A stretch of DNA of 58,377 nt. Origin: Selaginella moellendorffii. Its lineage: Eukaryota > Plantae > Lycopodiophyta. The notes below the pieces were generated by a model. That model saw only the letters and a list, made by a program, of their open reading frames with translations, made no database searches and was not told the origin of the DNA. The stretch is taken from assembly GCF_000143415.4 (NCBI RefSeq), contig NW_003314266.1, forward strand, positions 4,021,766 to 4,080,142, in the 5' to 3' direction. A program made the translations under genes and the position numbers. The number at the start of each line of letters is the position of its first letter. Within the stretch, counting starts at the first letter, position 1. Shown in pieces: positions 1 to 12,699 of this stretch.

Positions 1-171
1 GATAGAGTATGGAATATCTATATTCTTACATTATACTATCGATATCCTAAGATAGCACTAGACTTTATTTGCTCTGTTTTGTGTGTTAGTTTTGGCATTC
101 ACATGTTAGAAGATTTAGAATTATTTCAATAATGCTCTATGTTTCAGGTCCTTCACTCTATAGCTTTATAC

Positions 172-1600
172 TTAGGAGTTCGGCTCTATTTTTTTATTTA
201 GTGGTTTAAAATTCTAAGCTTTAGGTTTTGCTCCATTGCCTTTGGCACATGTATCCAAAGGTTAGGTTTACTTTGTGGTTACCTTATGGTAATTCATTAT
301 AGGGTATAGAGCAAAAAGCAATGCACTATACTTAGTATGTATTAAATTCATAAAATTCAATTTAGAGACTCTAAGCCTAAATCCATCTCTAGTTTAGAAA
401 AAGAAAAGATGCTTATGTCAAAAACTAGATAGAAGAGATAGTTATAATATCATTTTAGGTCTTTTTTTCTTCTATTTTCTTTTATTTTGTTATAGAAAAA
501 TCTTGATATTTGATGAATTCAATGTTCAAATTCAATCTAGCACTATTAGGATTTGACAATAACTCTCAAGCTGCCACAATCTCTAGATAATATACAAAAC
601 TTTCTTAGAGAGAATGGTGGGGATGGAGAAAAATTAACTTGTTTAATCCTACTAAGAATTCACATGACACTCCTTCATAGATTATAAAAATTGGGAATTG
701 TGATGGTTGAGATAAAGAGGGTGGTAGTGGCAATGTGTAATTTTAGATATCAAAAATTATTTTTCAACAAATCCTTTTGGATATTCTTCTTTTATCACTA
801 TGATGGTAGAAAATTAATATCATTAATTCCTTTTATCAATTTCTGCCCAAGTTAATTGAGAAAGTGGTCTTCACATATGTAGAAGAGCATAAAAATAGAA
901 TTCCTTATTAGTCAAGTATATTTGACCTAGTTAGAGAAACTCATATTAAATAGCACTTGCTAGTCTTGGGAACCCTTGCAATATTCAATTTAATCACTTA
1001 ATATTTATTATATAATAACTTACTATATCCAATAAATACTCTCACTAGCATTTCCCATGTGTTAGTCTTATATTAGTCTTATTAGCTATTTATAAAAAAT
1101 GTCTAGATTTGCTAGTTAAGTATATCTATAAAATATATAATTATCATAAACATAATGGTGTTGCTCATATATCCAAATTCACAAACTAGTGTCATTGTAG
1201 GGATAATGAGTAGATCATCAATTTAAGATATTGTTTGGCTCTTTATTAGGTGTGTCTGCCTTTATTCTATATCTGACTTGGGTCTAAGCCCAAGCTTCAT
1301 ATCATGTTAGTTAGTGAAGTACCCATATCCTTTTGGTAAACTAAAAAATATATGAAAATAATGTTAAACTTCATTTAACTATATGTTATATATTAGTTTT
1401 AGTGTAGGGATATTGGATGATTTAAGATTATTCTAATGTTATTTTGTGTATATATTCTTTCACTCCTCGATTATGTTTGGGAGTTCGGCTCAAGGCCCTA
1501 AAACTTAAATCCCACTTTGTTGTCCTTAGCACATATGTCAAAACTCTATGGCTACCTTATGCTAATTCACTATAGGGTATAAGGTCAAAACCTCATATAC
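172..1600. mobile_element. Highly degenerate retroelement remnant bounded by diverged direct repeats (about 172-330 and about 1489-1600)
   Basis: GGAGTTCGGCTC...GG(T/C)TACCTTATG(G/C)TAATTCA(T/C)TATAGGGTATA occurs in both places; AT-rich and CpG-depleted; no intact ORF. Confidence 0.4.
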
Positions 1601-2755
1601 TACATAATGGTTAATAGATAAAAAGATCTAACCACCTATAATTAATGTTACAAAAGGTTTGACAGTCAACCTTCTTATGTGATATGTAATGACTAGGGCT
1701 GGAAATTTAAAATTCTAACAGCTTGCAAGCTAGAGAAGAAACATCAGCTCATCCATAGAAAAGAGTAGATCATGCTAGAAGTTCCTAGAAAATAACTCAT
1801 TCATATACAAGAGTTGATGATCCTTGATGATCTAGAGCTCTTCCAAGACCTCAAACCCACCTAGTTAGCTTATATTACAAGTTGGGAGTGCCATATCTAG
1901 CTTATAACTAAAACTTATTTTACAAATTTTATTGATTACAAATGAGTTAGAGAAACTTTAGGAGCAAAAAATGTCATTAGATTTAAATAATATCCTAGAA
2001 TATATATATAGTAAATATAAGCTTCATACCTTTGAAAACTCTTATATACATAATCATAGTCACATAAATAGTGTTCTTATTACTTTGGATAAATTGGAGT
2101 CTATGTATAAGACTAAGATATGCTAGGATTTATAAGCTCTGATCAGAATATACCATAAGCATATTTTAAACAGCTATGTATTTTCCATGGTATGATTGAC
2201 TTTGCCATCTTAATTTATTCACATTGTGTGGCATCCTGTAGCAAAAGAGTTAAAAGATCATAATAAAAAGTATCAAGCTTCATATTAAAAGCAAAGGTTG
2301 ATTGACCCTTGATTAGTATACTGTAATAAATGAACAATATCTACATTATATCTCATTATGTATCATAAATTTCATGTTTAAAATATATTAAATTAAATTT
2401 AATGTATCTAGCTAGGAAAAATAATCCTAAAGTAAGGAGATAATTATATCTTATTTACCATACATAGTCTTCATAATTGAAATTAAGAGGTCAAGTTCAA
2501 ATTAGCAGTGATGTATCAATTTTCAGTAATATAATGCTCAAATAAACATAATTTTCCTAGTCTGCTTATACTTGATAATGCCTTTTATGTCCTAAAAATA
2601 AATATAGAAAAGTTAAATATATAAACTTGTAAAGTTAATTTAACTTTATTTCTGATTTCACAATAAAAAAATAAAATAAATAAAAGTGACTGAAAAATTT
2701 TAGTAAATAAATTTATTTATATATTTTATATTTAAAATCTAATAAAGTTTTTGCC

Positions 2756-3619
2756 ATGATTTCTTGTAATGGTAGTCAATATTTACTATCATTTTTCTAT
2801 ATTATATTTTTGTTTATGAATTTACCTTTTGTTGTTTCTCCAAGGAAAGGAGCAACTTTTGGAAGGCTTGGAGTTTTAAAAACACATGATATTACTAAAA
2901 TTGTTGGGGCAATTACAAATTATTTATCTACATTTGACGATAAAGAAAAATACTCAAGAATTTTAACCAATAATATAGAAGTACTAACTTCTACAGGATA
3001 TGTTGATATATTATTAAAAACAAAATATCAATGTAGTACATCATCTACTCCCAAAACTATAGTTGGTGGAAATTTAAAAAGAGGCTTTGAAAGTATTATA
3101 TATGGTAGTATGACTGCTTTAATCCAAAATTTATCTGACTTTTTTGAAAAAGAAACACTTTCTTACTATGTGCAATATAAGCTAAGAGGTAGCAGTCATG
3201 ATGATCTTTTATTTATACATATAAATAATATTCAAAATATTATTTATTGTAATCTTAGAAGTAGTACTTTATTTTCAGAGTTTAAATTATTTTCAGGTAA
3301 CTTTTTAATCTCTCAAAATGGTAAAATTTTCTTAATATTAGAATCTTCATGTAGCCTTATATTATATTATGAAAAGTCTATAATTTGGAAAGTAGAACGA
3401 TTTTCTTTTAATTGTTATTTACTTTTACAACTTGATGGCAATTTAGTTTTATATAATAATAATAAAATGGCTATCTGGGCTACTAATAGTAATTGTAAAT
3501 TTAGTTATTGCAATTTACCATCAATTTTTACTGTTCAAAATAATTGTAATCTAATACTTTATTCTGCAAAATTTCCTAATGATATCTTATGGACGTCAAA
3601 AACATCATGCAAGATATGA
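2756..3619 (+). CDS. Putative secreted protein: hydrophobic N-terminus + unknown ~140 aa domain + C-terminal bulb-type (GNA-like) mannose-binding lectin domain
   Basis: Intact 287-aa intronless ORF. N-terminal YLLSFFYIIFLFMNLPFVVS. Three B-lectin repeats with the QxDxNxVxY consensus: ESSCSLILY, QLDGNLVLY...AIWATNS, QNNCNLILY...ILWTSKT. Confidence 0.7.
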   Translation: MISCNGSQYLLSFFYIIFLFMNLPFVVSPRKGATFGRLGVLKTHDITKIVGAITNYLSTFDDKEKYSRILTNNIEVLTSTGYVDILLKTKYQCSTSSTPKTIVGGNLKRGFESIIYGSMTALIQNLSDFFEKETLSYYVQYKLRGSSHDDLLFIHINNIQNIIYCNLRSSTLFSEFKLFSGNFLISQNGKIFLILESSCSLILYYEKSIIWKVERFSFNCYLLLQLDGNLVLYNNNKMAIWATNSNCKFSYCNLPSIFTVQNNCNLILYSAKFPNDILWTSKTSCKI

Positions 3620-6516
3620 ATGAAATTTCAATTTTATAAAACTAGATTTTAAATAAATATATACAAGTTTTGACAAATTTCATGTGTGTGTCTATATATA
3701 TGTATGTATGTATGTATCTATATATAATAAAATAGGTTTAGCTTGAAAAAATAGTTGTGAAAACTGATTTAGTTAGAAAATAGAGCTGCTATATATATAT
3801 TCTATATGAAAACTTCTATATAACTATAGTATATACATTATTTAGTTAGACCAATTTACATCTAAGCTTATTTTTATATATAAGTTTTTATTTATCTTTT
3901 AGTGTGAGTTTGACCATCTAATGAGCATTTTAAGTGTTTAATTCCTTCTATCTAAAAAAATATAAGAGGTTTATGAGTTTTCAACACTAAAAACACTACA
4001 GTATAAAGGTAATGCCTCCATATTCATAAAGTTTGAATAATCAAAACCTGTAGCACATATGGTTTTCACTGTTCAAGTTATGATTTACCATAAGATAATC
4101 ATGAATACCTAAAATGAATTGCTGATAGGTGACTTTCAATACTGCAGTCATATTTGCAATAGATATACCATCAATATGAAACATAAAAGTATTGATTAAT
4201 AAAATTTTCAATGCAACTAAACTGTTCTCATATGCCTTTTTCCACTCAAATGGCACATTCTTATACAATAACTATATATAAGCCACCTCTACAAACTTGC
4301 ACTAAAAATATAACACATAAAAAATCATTTGTAGGATCCTTTAAAAATCCCACTTATAAAGTTGGATTTCCTAAACACCTAAATTTGGAGCCAATGAAAC
4401 AAGGGTCTAATATGCAATCAAATGCAAACAAGTTCCCCATATTCAGCTAATGCACACAAAATAATGGTAGACAGAATTTAACACAATTTAAGCATATTGG
4501 TGGCCTAATGCCACTTACTATCATAGTATAGAGCTTGAGATCTAAGCCAAATATAGAACAAAGAGTTATATAACCTGCTAGAAGAGAAATTAATGTTTTA
4601 GGTGGTCAACCATACTTTTGACCACTATTATACATTTGGAAAACCTCTATGCTTGTATAAAAGTTCACCCAATATTAGGAAATAATCTTTGGGATAAAAT
4701 TGAAAACTTACTAAATATAGAATAATACTAAATTGAGAATCTAGATATAGTGTTCAAAACATTCTCTACCTCATTGATAAATATATATACTTCTTATAAA
4801 TAACATATAAGACCAAGTGTCATATGTTAGGGCATGATAACAAAGATGTTTGGTGGACATGATAAGTTATCATGTAATGATATTAAGGGACTAGGCTCAA
4901 TATCATGGGAGTTGATGCTAACAAGTGGAAGCAAAGGACATAAATTCCTTATATTGGGCTAAGTATGCTCAACAAGAAACATATAAGAGTTTCTACTTTA
5001 TGTTTATCTAATCTAAATAAACATACATTGACTAGTTTTTTAACTAGCTCAAATGGGAATTATTAGGAGATACAAAAATATCAATCTCTTGCTATCATAG
5101 TAATAAGGAAAGTCCAAAAAGATTGGCTGATAAATATCTTGCAAAATCATTGTTGAAGAATAATCCACCAACTTGACGAATGATGAATTATCAAACATCA
5201 ATAATAATTAAGCAAGATCTTTATTAAGGATAATCAACTATCCAAGATAACAATCAATCATCACTAATAATTGCTAGGTGCAAAAACCAACTTGAGCATC
5301 AAAACCAATGAGTCTTGACAACTTCTAATAATAAAACAATAAGTATAAAAATTAAAAAAACCAAAATCTTATAAAAGTCTATTGCCAAGTTTTATAGAAT
5401 AACAGTGACAAGTCTTACATTGACTATTGACAATGCCCAAAAAGAAATTATAGTACAACCCTATAATATCCTGTTTAACACATCTATAAACTAAAACTTT
5501 ATAATGCACAAGCTAATGAAGAGAATAACTGCATCAATTCAAAAGCCAAGCCTAACAAAGTTATGTTCAGGAAGTGATCACCAAACCAATCCTCCATAAA
5601 TCCATATTCTATATCAAAATGTAACTCAAGTTATAATAAATATAAGAAGAAGCATTAATGATTGTTATTCTTAAACTCAACCAACAAGGATTTAATAACT
5701 CTAATATCAATCACTAACTCTTCATTTTGCAAAGTTAACATAGTCCATACTAAATTACTTTCAAAGAAAAGCCAAAACTCAACCACTAAACAATTTTGTT
5801 TAAAATATAGATACCCTAATTTGCCACTCATCTTATTTAAACCCTAATATAGTTGTTAACACACGAATGCTAATAACATAAAGGTATAACCAAATTATCA
5901 ATACCATTTTCACCAAGATTAGCAAAATAAAATGTCAATCTCCAATAAAGCTATAACTAATAACTAAGCATTTGATTCACTACAGATGGAAAATTTGACA
6001 TGCCTATAGAGAAAACATCCTATCTCATTCTAATCTTAACTTCAATAATGTCAACATTAAAGCATAATTTCAATGCCGTTAAGACTAAAACAAAGCTAGA
6101 AGAAGGTAAGAGTGAATCATCACTTAAATCTCTTTAACAACCAAGGTTAACCAAGGTTAAAGATACTATACTTAGTATTTGAGGCCAATCTGTCAAGAAT
6201 ACTTAGTTATAGATAATATATCATTAAGGAGTGAATCATCATGTATAAGACTCAATACAATTTAAAATCATGAACTAAACTTAACTAGATAATATTAACA
6301 TAGGTGGATCAATAATCCCACCAACACATCTAGCTATAACTTTGAGCATGACTGAAGAAGTTAACTACAAATGATTAACACTCAATTGAAACTAAAATGA
6401 TAACTATAAGATGGGCTTATATATATACATAACCTCCTAATAAACAAGGTTACAATATAGGTACTAACACTATAACTACAAAACAACTAAGCTAGATATC
6501 ACTATCTTCAACCAAT

Positions 6517-7109
6517 TATAAGTAACTAAAGAGAACAATTTGAAAGACAATTTATAAAGGTTCAAATATAAAAGAAAAGGGAATACACCCCATTTTCTAA
6601 TTAATTAACAATTTTAGGATGTTTAGGGTTAAGCATCATTGGATTTGGGTATTATACTGGATGACATCTCAAGAAGTCCAAATTGAGGAAATAGTATTAA
6701 AAGGGTATTGAGTCTAAGTTTATTGGTTGGTTAGGGGAATCACACTATATGTTAAGATTGACAGTTGGTAGTTTAATTTGCTTTAGTTAAGCTCAACCCA
6801 AGAGATAGGGTGTCAATAGGCATTTAGTAATCCAATTTACTTTAGCTAGGCTCAACCTAAGGGGTAGGGTGTTAAGAGAGTGAAGCTCTTAAATTTTGTT
6901 CACTTGTAAGGAAATATAGTAAATTGTAAGCAATTGATCTTTTTGATTGGGATAAAAGAGAATGACTCAAAAGACAATTTATAAAGGTTTAAATATAGAG
7001 TGCACCCCATTTTCTAATTTATTAAGGGTGTTGGGATACTTGGAATTAAGTGTTTTTAGGTTTGAATAATACTTACTAAGATATTTATTACTTGGAGTTA
7101 ATGCTTACA
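6517..7109 (-). mobile_element. LTR copy, family B (inverted relative to 11026-11623)
   Basis: Reverse complement aligns by eye over about 590 bp to 11026-11623 (e.g. TTAGGGGAATCACACTATATGTTAAGATTGACA vs TGTCAATTTCAATATATGGTGTGATTCCCTTAG). Minus strand begins TGTAAG and ends GTTACTTATA. Carries an internal sub-repeat (6541-6660 vs 6965-7075). Confidence 0.65.
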
Positions 7110-7560
7110 AGTGTATGGCTACCAAGACCAAGTCAAAATCAATAAAAGCTCACTACTCCCATAGAGTTTAACTCAAATGCAAGGTGTAACCTGCCACTAA
7201 ATATAACACTATCTAAAAAAGGCATAATTCATAACCTAAGTTTTATTCATTGATAATTTGGTCTCTAAAATATCTTTGTCTATGACTTTGATATCATCCA
7301 TCTAATTAATCTAATCTAAGGGTGTGAAAGCTAATTGCCTATTTACAATAGTCTATTTAAACCTTACTGATGGGTTTGGTTTATTTACTTATGAGGGTTG
7401 AGGTCATTAGCATCTCTCTCTATATCACATACAGGTAAGGGCATATCATCTTTTATAAACTTAGTGACTCCCAAAGCAGTAAGGATGGCTAATTTTATTA
7501 GTTATTTCCTTGTTGATGACAACTGGAAGGTGTATAAGTGTTAATATGTTTTGTGTAGAC

Positions 7561-8120
7561 AAGTGACTAAATTTTCCATTCTACTTTAACCATTTAATTA
7601 TATCTTTGACCACTTGGAGGAGTTTCACTCACGAACTCTATAAGTTTTATTCCTAACTTGGGAACATGCTAAGTGGTCATCCCTTGACCACACCATAGCA
7701 CCCTTAAGATGCCCAGAGACATAAGAAACACTCAATGTTTTTGCTTTAATCCCCATCATGTCCCTATTCATCCATAGTTGTGCTTGCTAACACCGCCACT
7801 AGGTTAAGGCCTAAAGGCCTGACCACTAAATCCCATTGACCTCTGGGACTTCCTCACCATATGACTATATCCTTAATCATTACACCAAAGGATTGTTCTT
7901 CTTCTTTTCTAGAGTTTGGGACTTTAGGATAATATTTCAAAACACCATAGCCATATGTGAGCCTCGTGAGTACTCTCCCCACTTTCTGCCCTTAGGTGCC
8001 TTAGCCATGTGGCTAGAGCAAGGTTCTAATGAGCCACACCAAGGTTAGAATTCCACTTCAATCACTACCATATGGCACCCTTTTGATTCCACTTTAGGGC
8101 TTAGGGATTTGTGTCTCACA
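7561..8120 (-). mobile_element. 3' LTR (family A) of a Ty3/gypsy element
   Basis: Minus strand starts TGTGAGACACAAATCCCTAA, the same as 9789. It is preceded on minus by TTTGATGAGGACATCGAATTTCG...GGGTGTCAGAGT, resembling a gypsy end/PPT region. Colinear with segments of 9789-12075. Confidence 0.65.
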
Positions 8121-9788
8121 ACTCTGACACCCATAAACGAAATTCGATGTCCTCATCAAATGATAAATCATTTTATAAAGTAACACTATCATATATTACC
8201 CTTTCCATCCTTAACACCAAGCTAATATTTATCGATGGTTCAACACCGAAAGATCACCATGCTTTGCCCATCCTCTAAGGAGCATAATTTCTCTAACTTA
8301 AAGACTCATTCGACCACTTGTGGTGGTTCTCTCCCTTTATTAGTTTAGTTTTCATTAAACTTATTAGAGACACCTTCTCTATTTCAATCTCATTACTCAT
8401 TTCTGAGTAGTCTCAGCTTCTATTAACATATCCATTGCATTTTGGAACTTTTAATTTTGACTTCTTGAAGTTAATTTCTTGGGTGTCTCCAACACCTTGC
8501 ATTACATATGTTGTGGAAATTCCACTTCTCTATCCTTGGAAGCTTTTTACTTGAGGGCACCATCATCCTCTCTTTTATTTCATGCTACTCTAGACACTAA
8601 GTGCTATTTATCCATAATTTGTGCTAAGGTTGTCTATAACTCTATCATTTGGCTACTTTGCTACTCCATCTCTTGGAACTTTATTCTTCACCACATTAGA
8701 GTGTTAGAGAAATTCATCCTTGGAAACCTGTTTCCTTTCCCACAATCTATTAGTATCCACCACTTAATAGTTCCTTTTCTAACTTGTCATTTAAATTCCT
8801 TCCAATGATTTCTATGATTCATTCTTGGCCATTAGTTTTTTGCTCCTATCCTTTGATTGTTGTATATACCTTTCTGATGTGCTCTTTTGGATATTTTATT
8901 ATCCATCCACTACCTTGGAATGTAAACATATCCTCTAATGGGAAAGGCAAGTATTCATTATATACCTCTGCTTCAACTTGTAGTACTATCATTTTTGCAC
9001 ACAATTCTCCTAGTTCAACATAGTATACTTTACACATTGGGTCCAGATTCTCTATCATTGCTCAACCTACTTCTCTTCCAGTCTCTATAAAAAGTGAGAC
9101 AATGATAATGAGGTTACTTCTTTGATAGTTTTATACAACTTTTCAACTTTAACTTATATTTCTTACCAGTTGCTTATATAAAAAACATGTCTCCAACTTC
9201 TAGACACCACTCTATCATCAAGGTTTCCACTGTAAGAAAAATGAATTTTATAAAAACCTTTGCATACCTTAGAATTCACTAGTTGATGCTACACTTTTTT
9301 TATGCCACACCCATCACTGGTTTAATTTGTGCACGTTGGAAATGTGAAGTATAATTATAGTGATGAAAAATATAGAAAGTTTATAAAGATCTACTTACAA
9401 CATCATTGATGTTTTCACAACTATGGTGTTCCATAAATTCTCCTTTGGATCCATATCCAATGAACTCCTATAGAAAAAACTCATATTTCACATCAAACTA
9501 TACCAATGACATAAGAAAGATATATGCCTTTGTAGTTGCATTTTTATTATGAACATTCATCAAATTGGTAATAGGTATTGGTTGTAAGATAAGAAAAATA
9601 TCAATAGGTAATTGAGAACGTAAAAGCTTACAATAGTTGAGGTGGTTAGGTTTTCAAACTTAGAGGGTAAGTGTGAGATTTAGATATGTCATTGAAGTCA
9701 TTACTTTGTCATCTTATCCCAATGCTTCAACATCTGCAAACACTGAATCTAAGGAACATCAAGTTATATACTCTAGCCAAGATATTAT
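8121..9788 (-). mobile_element. Degenerate Ty3/gypsy internal region (integrase remnant)
   Basis: Minus-strand LQPIPI at about 9571-9588 resembles the GLLQPLPIP integrase motif; many stops; abuts the 3' LTR at 8120. Confidence 0.45.
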
Positions 9789-10039
9789 TGTGAGACACAA
9801 ATCCCTAAACCCCAAAATAGAACTGAAAGTGTGCCATATGACAATGATCGAAGCGGAAGTCTAACAAGTGTAACATATTTAGACTAAAAGCTCCAACTCG
9901 GAAAGTCGAGAATGGGAATGGAACTCCAAATAAAATGCTCAAGGAATAAGCACGAAGTGATCAATGAATAAGTCTCTAAAAAGGGATATAAGAGGGACTA
10001 ATATATGGCAAGTGTCATGACACATGGAAGTGTAAGGAC

Positions 10040-10398
10040 TAAGTCTGAGAAGGAGTCCGAGAAGGAATCTAAGATGGAGTCCAAGATGGAGTCCGAGAAG
10101 GAGTCCGAGAAGGAGGCCGAGATGGAGTCCGAGATGAAGTCTAAAATGGAGTTTAAGAAGGAGTCTGAGATGGAGTTTGAGATGGAATCCAAGAAGGAGT
10201 CTAAGATAAAGTTTGAGAAGGAGTTCAAGATGGAATCCAAAAAGGAGTCCAAGATGGAGCTTAAGATCGAGTTCGAGATGGAGTCCAAGAAGGAATGCGA
10301 GATGGAATTCGAGATGGAGCCTAAGATCGAATCCGAGATGGAGACTGAGATCGAGACCAAGACCGAGATAGAGACTGAGTCCAAGTCTGAGTCCAAAT
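10040..10398 (+). repeat. Degenerate 12-bp tandem array (GAGATGGAGTCC / AAGAAGGAGTCC), grading into 6-bp units
   Basis: About 30 consecutive units visible; this explains the low-complexity ORFs 10005-10403 and 9998-10396. Confidence 0.9.
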
Positions 10399-11025
10399 AC
10401 TAATGATGGTGAAAGCCCAAAAAGATTATCCCTTGGAAGGTTGCGAAGGGTTCCAAAAGTATAGTAAAGAAAGTGTGGGGGTTGGACTCGAGTGGAATTA
10501 GTTTAACTAGAAAAGGCTAATGTGACCTAGTATGACTTAGGAAGGCTACACCTACATAGTGGGTGATGATATAACCACTAAAGAGTCCAAGGCTAAAGTG
10601 AATATAAATAAACAAGTAGGGTAGTTTGGTGAAGTGTTCAAGAGTCGACTATAACTCCCCTAAGAGATCAAATGGTCGATACTCCCAATCCAAGTATGGG
10701 TGGCACTATCTATTTGGATATTTAGTATGGCTCATCAGAACTTCACTCTAGCCATATGGCTAGAGCATCCAAAAGCAAAAGGTGGGGGTAGTACCCATGA
10801 GGCATATGTTGGGCCACAGTGTTTCAAAATGGCTAGGGCATCTAGAAGCAGAAGGTGGGGGAATACCCACAAGGCTTGGGCTAGGCTACAGTGTTTCAAA
10901 ATATCATTCCAAAGTCCCAAATTATAGAAAGGAAAAAGAACAATCCTTTTGTGTAGAGACTAAGGATAAAGTCACATAGTGAGGAAGTTCTAGAGGTTAA
11001 TGGAACTTAGTGGTCGAGCCTTTGG

Positions 11026-11623
11026 TGTAAGCTCTTAAATTTGGATTTCCTAGAATATCATTTAACTCAATACTATTCAAACTTAAAAATGTTCAACCTC
11101 AAATATCCCAAAACTTTTAATCAATTGGAAAAGAGGGTGCATTTTTGTTCATGAGTCCTTTCCCTTTATATTTAAACCCTTATAGACTATCTCTCGAGTC
11201 ATTCTTTATGGTTGTTTATAATCCACTATGTTTCCCTACAAGTTCACACCTTCATGAACAAGAGATGAGAATCACAACCCTCCTAAGAGCTCTGCTCTTT
11301 TGACACCTTACCTTTCAAGTCAAGCCTAACTAGAGGCAAATTAAACTTGCTAGATGTCAATTTCAATATATGGTGTGATTCCCTTAGCCAACTAATAAAG
11401 TTAAACCCAAGATATCTTTAATACCAAATGTAAACTCTTGAGTTTGGACTTCTTTGGAGGTCACCCAATCTAATACTATTCAAACCCAAGGATATTTAAC
11501 CCTAAGTATCCCAGGACCTTTAACCAATTAGAAAAAAGGGTGCACTCTTATTTATGGGCTCTTTCCCTCTATATTTAAACTCTTATGGACTATTTTTCAA
11601 GTTATTTTTTGTAATTACTTATA
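11026..11623 (+). mobile_element. Solo LTR (family B) nested inside the family-A solo LTR
   Basis: TGTAAG...ATTACTTATA flanked by TTTGG (11021-11025) and TTTAG (11624-11628). The empty site GGCCTTTAGGCCTTAACC is visible on the minus strand of the LTR-A copy at about 7802-7819. Confidence 0.75.
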
Positions 11624-12699
11624 TTTAGGCTTTAATCCAATGGTAGTATTAGTGAGCACAACCATGGATGGAAAGGCATTTAATAAGGATTAAAGAAGGG
11701 ATATTAGGGAAAGATTTCTCCTATGTCTCTAGGCATCCTAAAGATGCTAATGTGTGGTTCTAAGATAACCACTCATGGACAGATAGCAGTCTTTAAGAGA
11801 CTGGACTATGGCACGAGTGGTCTTAAACTACCGATGAGACAAAGGCAAATGGACATAATCTTAATATAATGCTAATATGTTAGTGGTACCTTTAGGGTGT
11901 ATATCATAAGATTGGACATATGGAGCATTTAAAAGTGCAAAGGCTAAGTGGCATAAATGCGCTAACATATCCCTAAATTGGGAATAAAACTTATGAGGTT
12001 GTGAGTGAGACTTCTCCAAGCGGTCAAAGATGTGGTTAAGTGATTAAAATAGAATGGAAAATTTTGTCATTTATAATTGTATCCTATGTTAAAAGAAAAT
12101 AATAATTAATCTCAGCAAAACTTTCATAAGAAACTATTGACAACCATTACCTTAGTCATTAACGCATCAACTGGTCTACTCCTATTAGGAACAAGAGTAT
12201 TTTAATGAGGATTTTAAACTAGGATTTATTCATTTTCCAAGTGATAAATTCTGTCAAACATTTGAAGTTAAGCATCGCTCTTTCCAAGGGGTGGAAGCTT
12301 GTGAAATGCTACATCAAAGGTAAGCTCTTTCCAATTTTTTCTTCTAGGTCAAGCTTACTTCTAAAAACTAAAAATTTCCATCATGAAATATGGGCCTTCT
12401 ATTGGACAGTTTATGTACTATCTAGATCATGTATTTAAAAAAATTTGAACCCCTTCTTTATGTACAATTTGACTGTTTATTGTATAAAATTTTAATTAAA
12501 TCAAAGCTCTCAAGAATGTACCTGAATATTCTAGGATATTTTATGATCTTTACATTTAGATTAATATTAATTATAAACATGTCTATAATTTATAAACTTT
12601 TATAAACACCAAGTAAATTTGGTCTATTACATTTAGTCTCTTTTCCTAAAATGAGTTAGTTTTGCATTATTTTATGGCAATACCTTTATGCTATAGATT

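Larger units (their letters stand above)
9789..12075 (+). mobile_element. Solo LTR (family A) with nested insertions
   Basis: Starts TGTGAGACAC and ends GTCATTTATA (likely decayed GTCACTTACA). Flanked by ATTAT (9784-9788) and ATTGT (12076-12080), a 4/5 TSD. Homologous in blocks to 7561-8120. Confidence 0.7.

Noticed and set aside
4000-6500. AT-rich block, possibly LINE or other TE debris
   Set aside because: No convincing motif could be read, so it is left unassigned.
10040-10398. Possible CRISPR-like array
   Set aside because: Contiguous units with no unique spacers; eukaryotic context and no cas genes.
9998-10403. 132-aa ORFs on both strands
   Set aside because: Products of the 12-bp tandem array inside an LTR; no domain.
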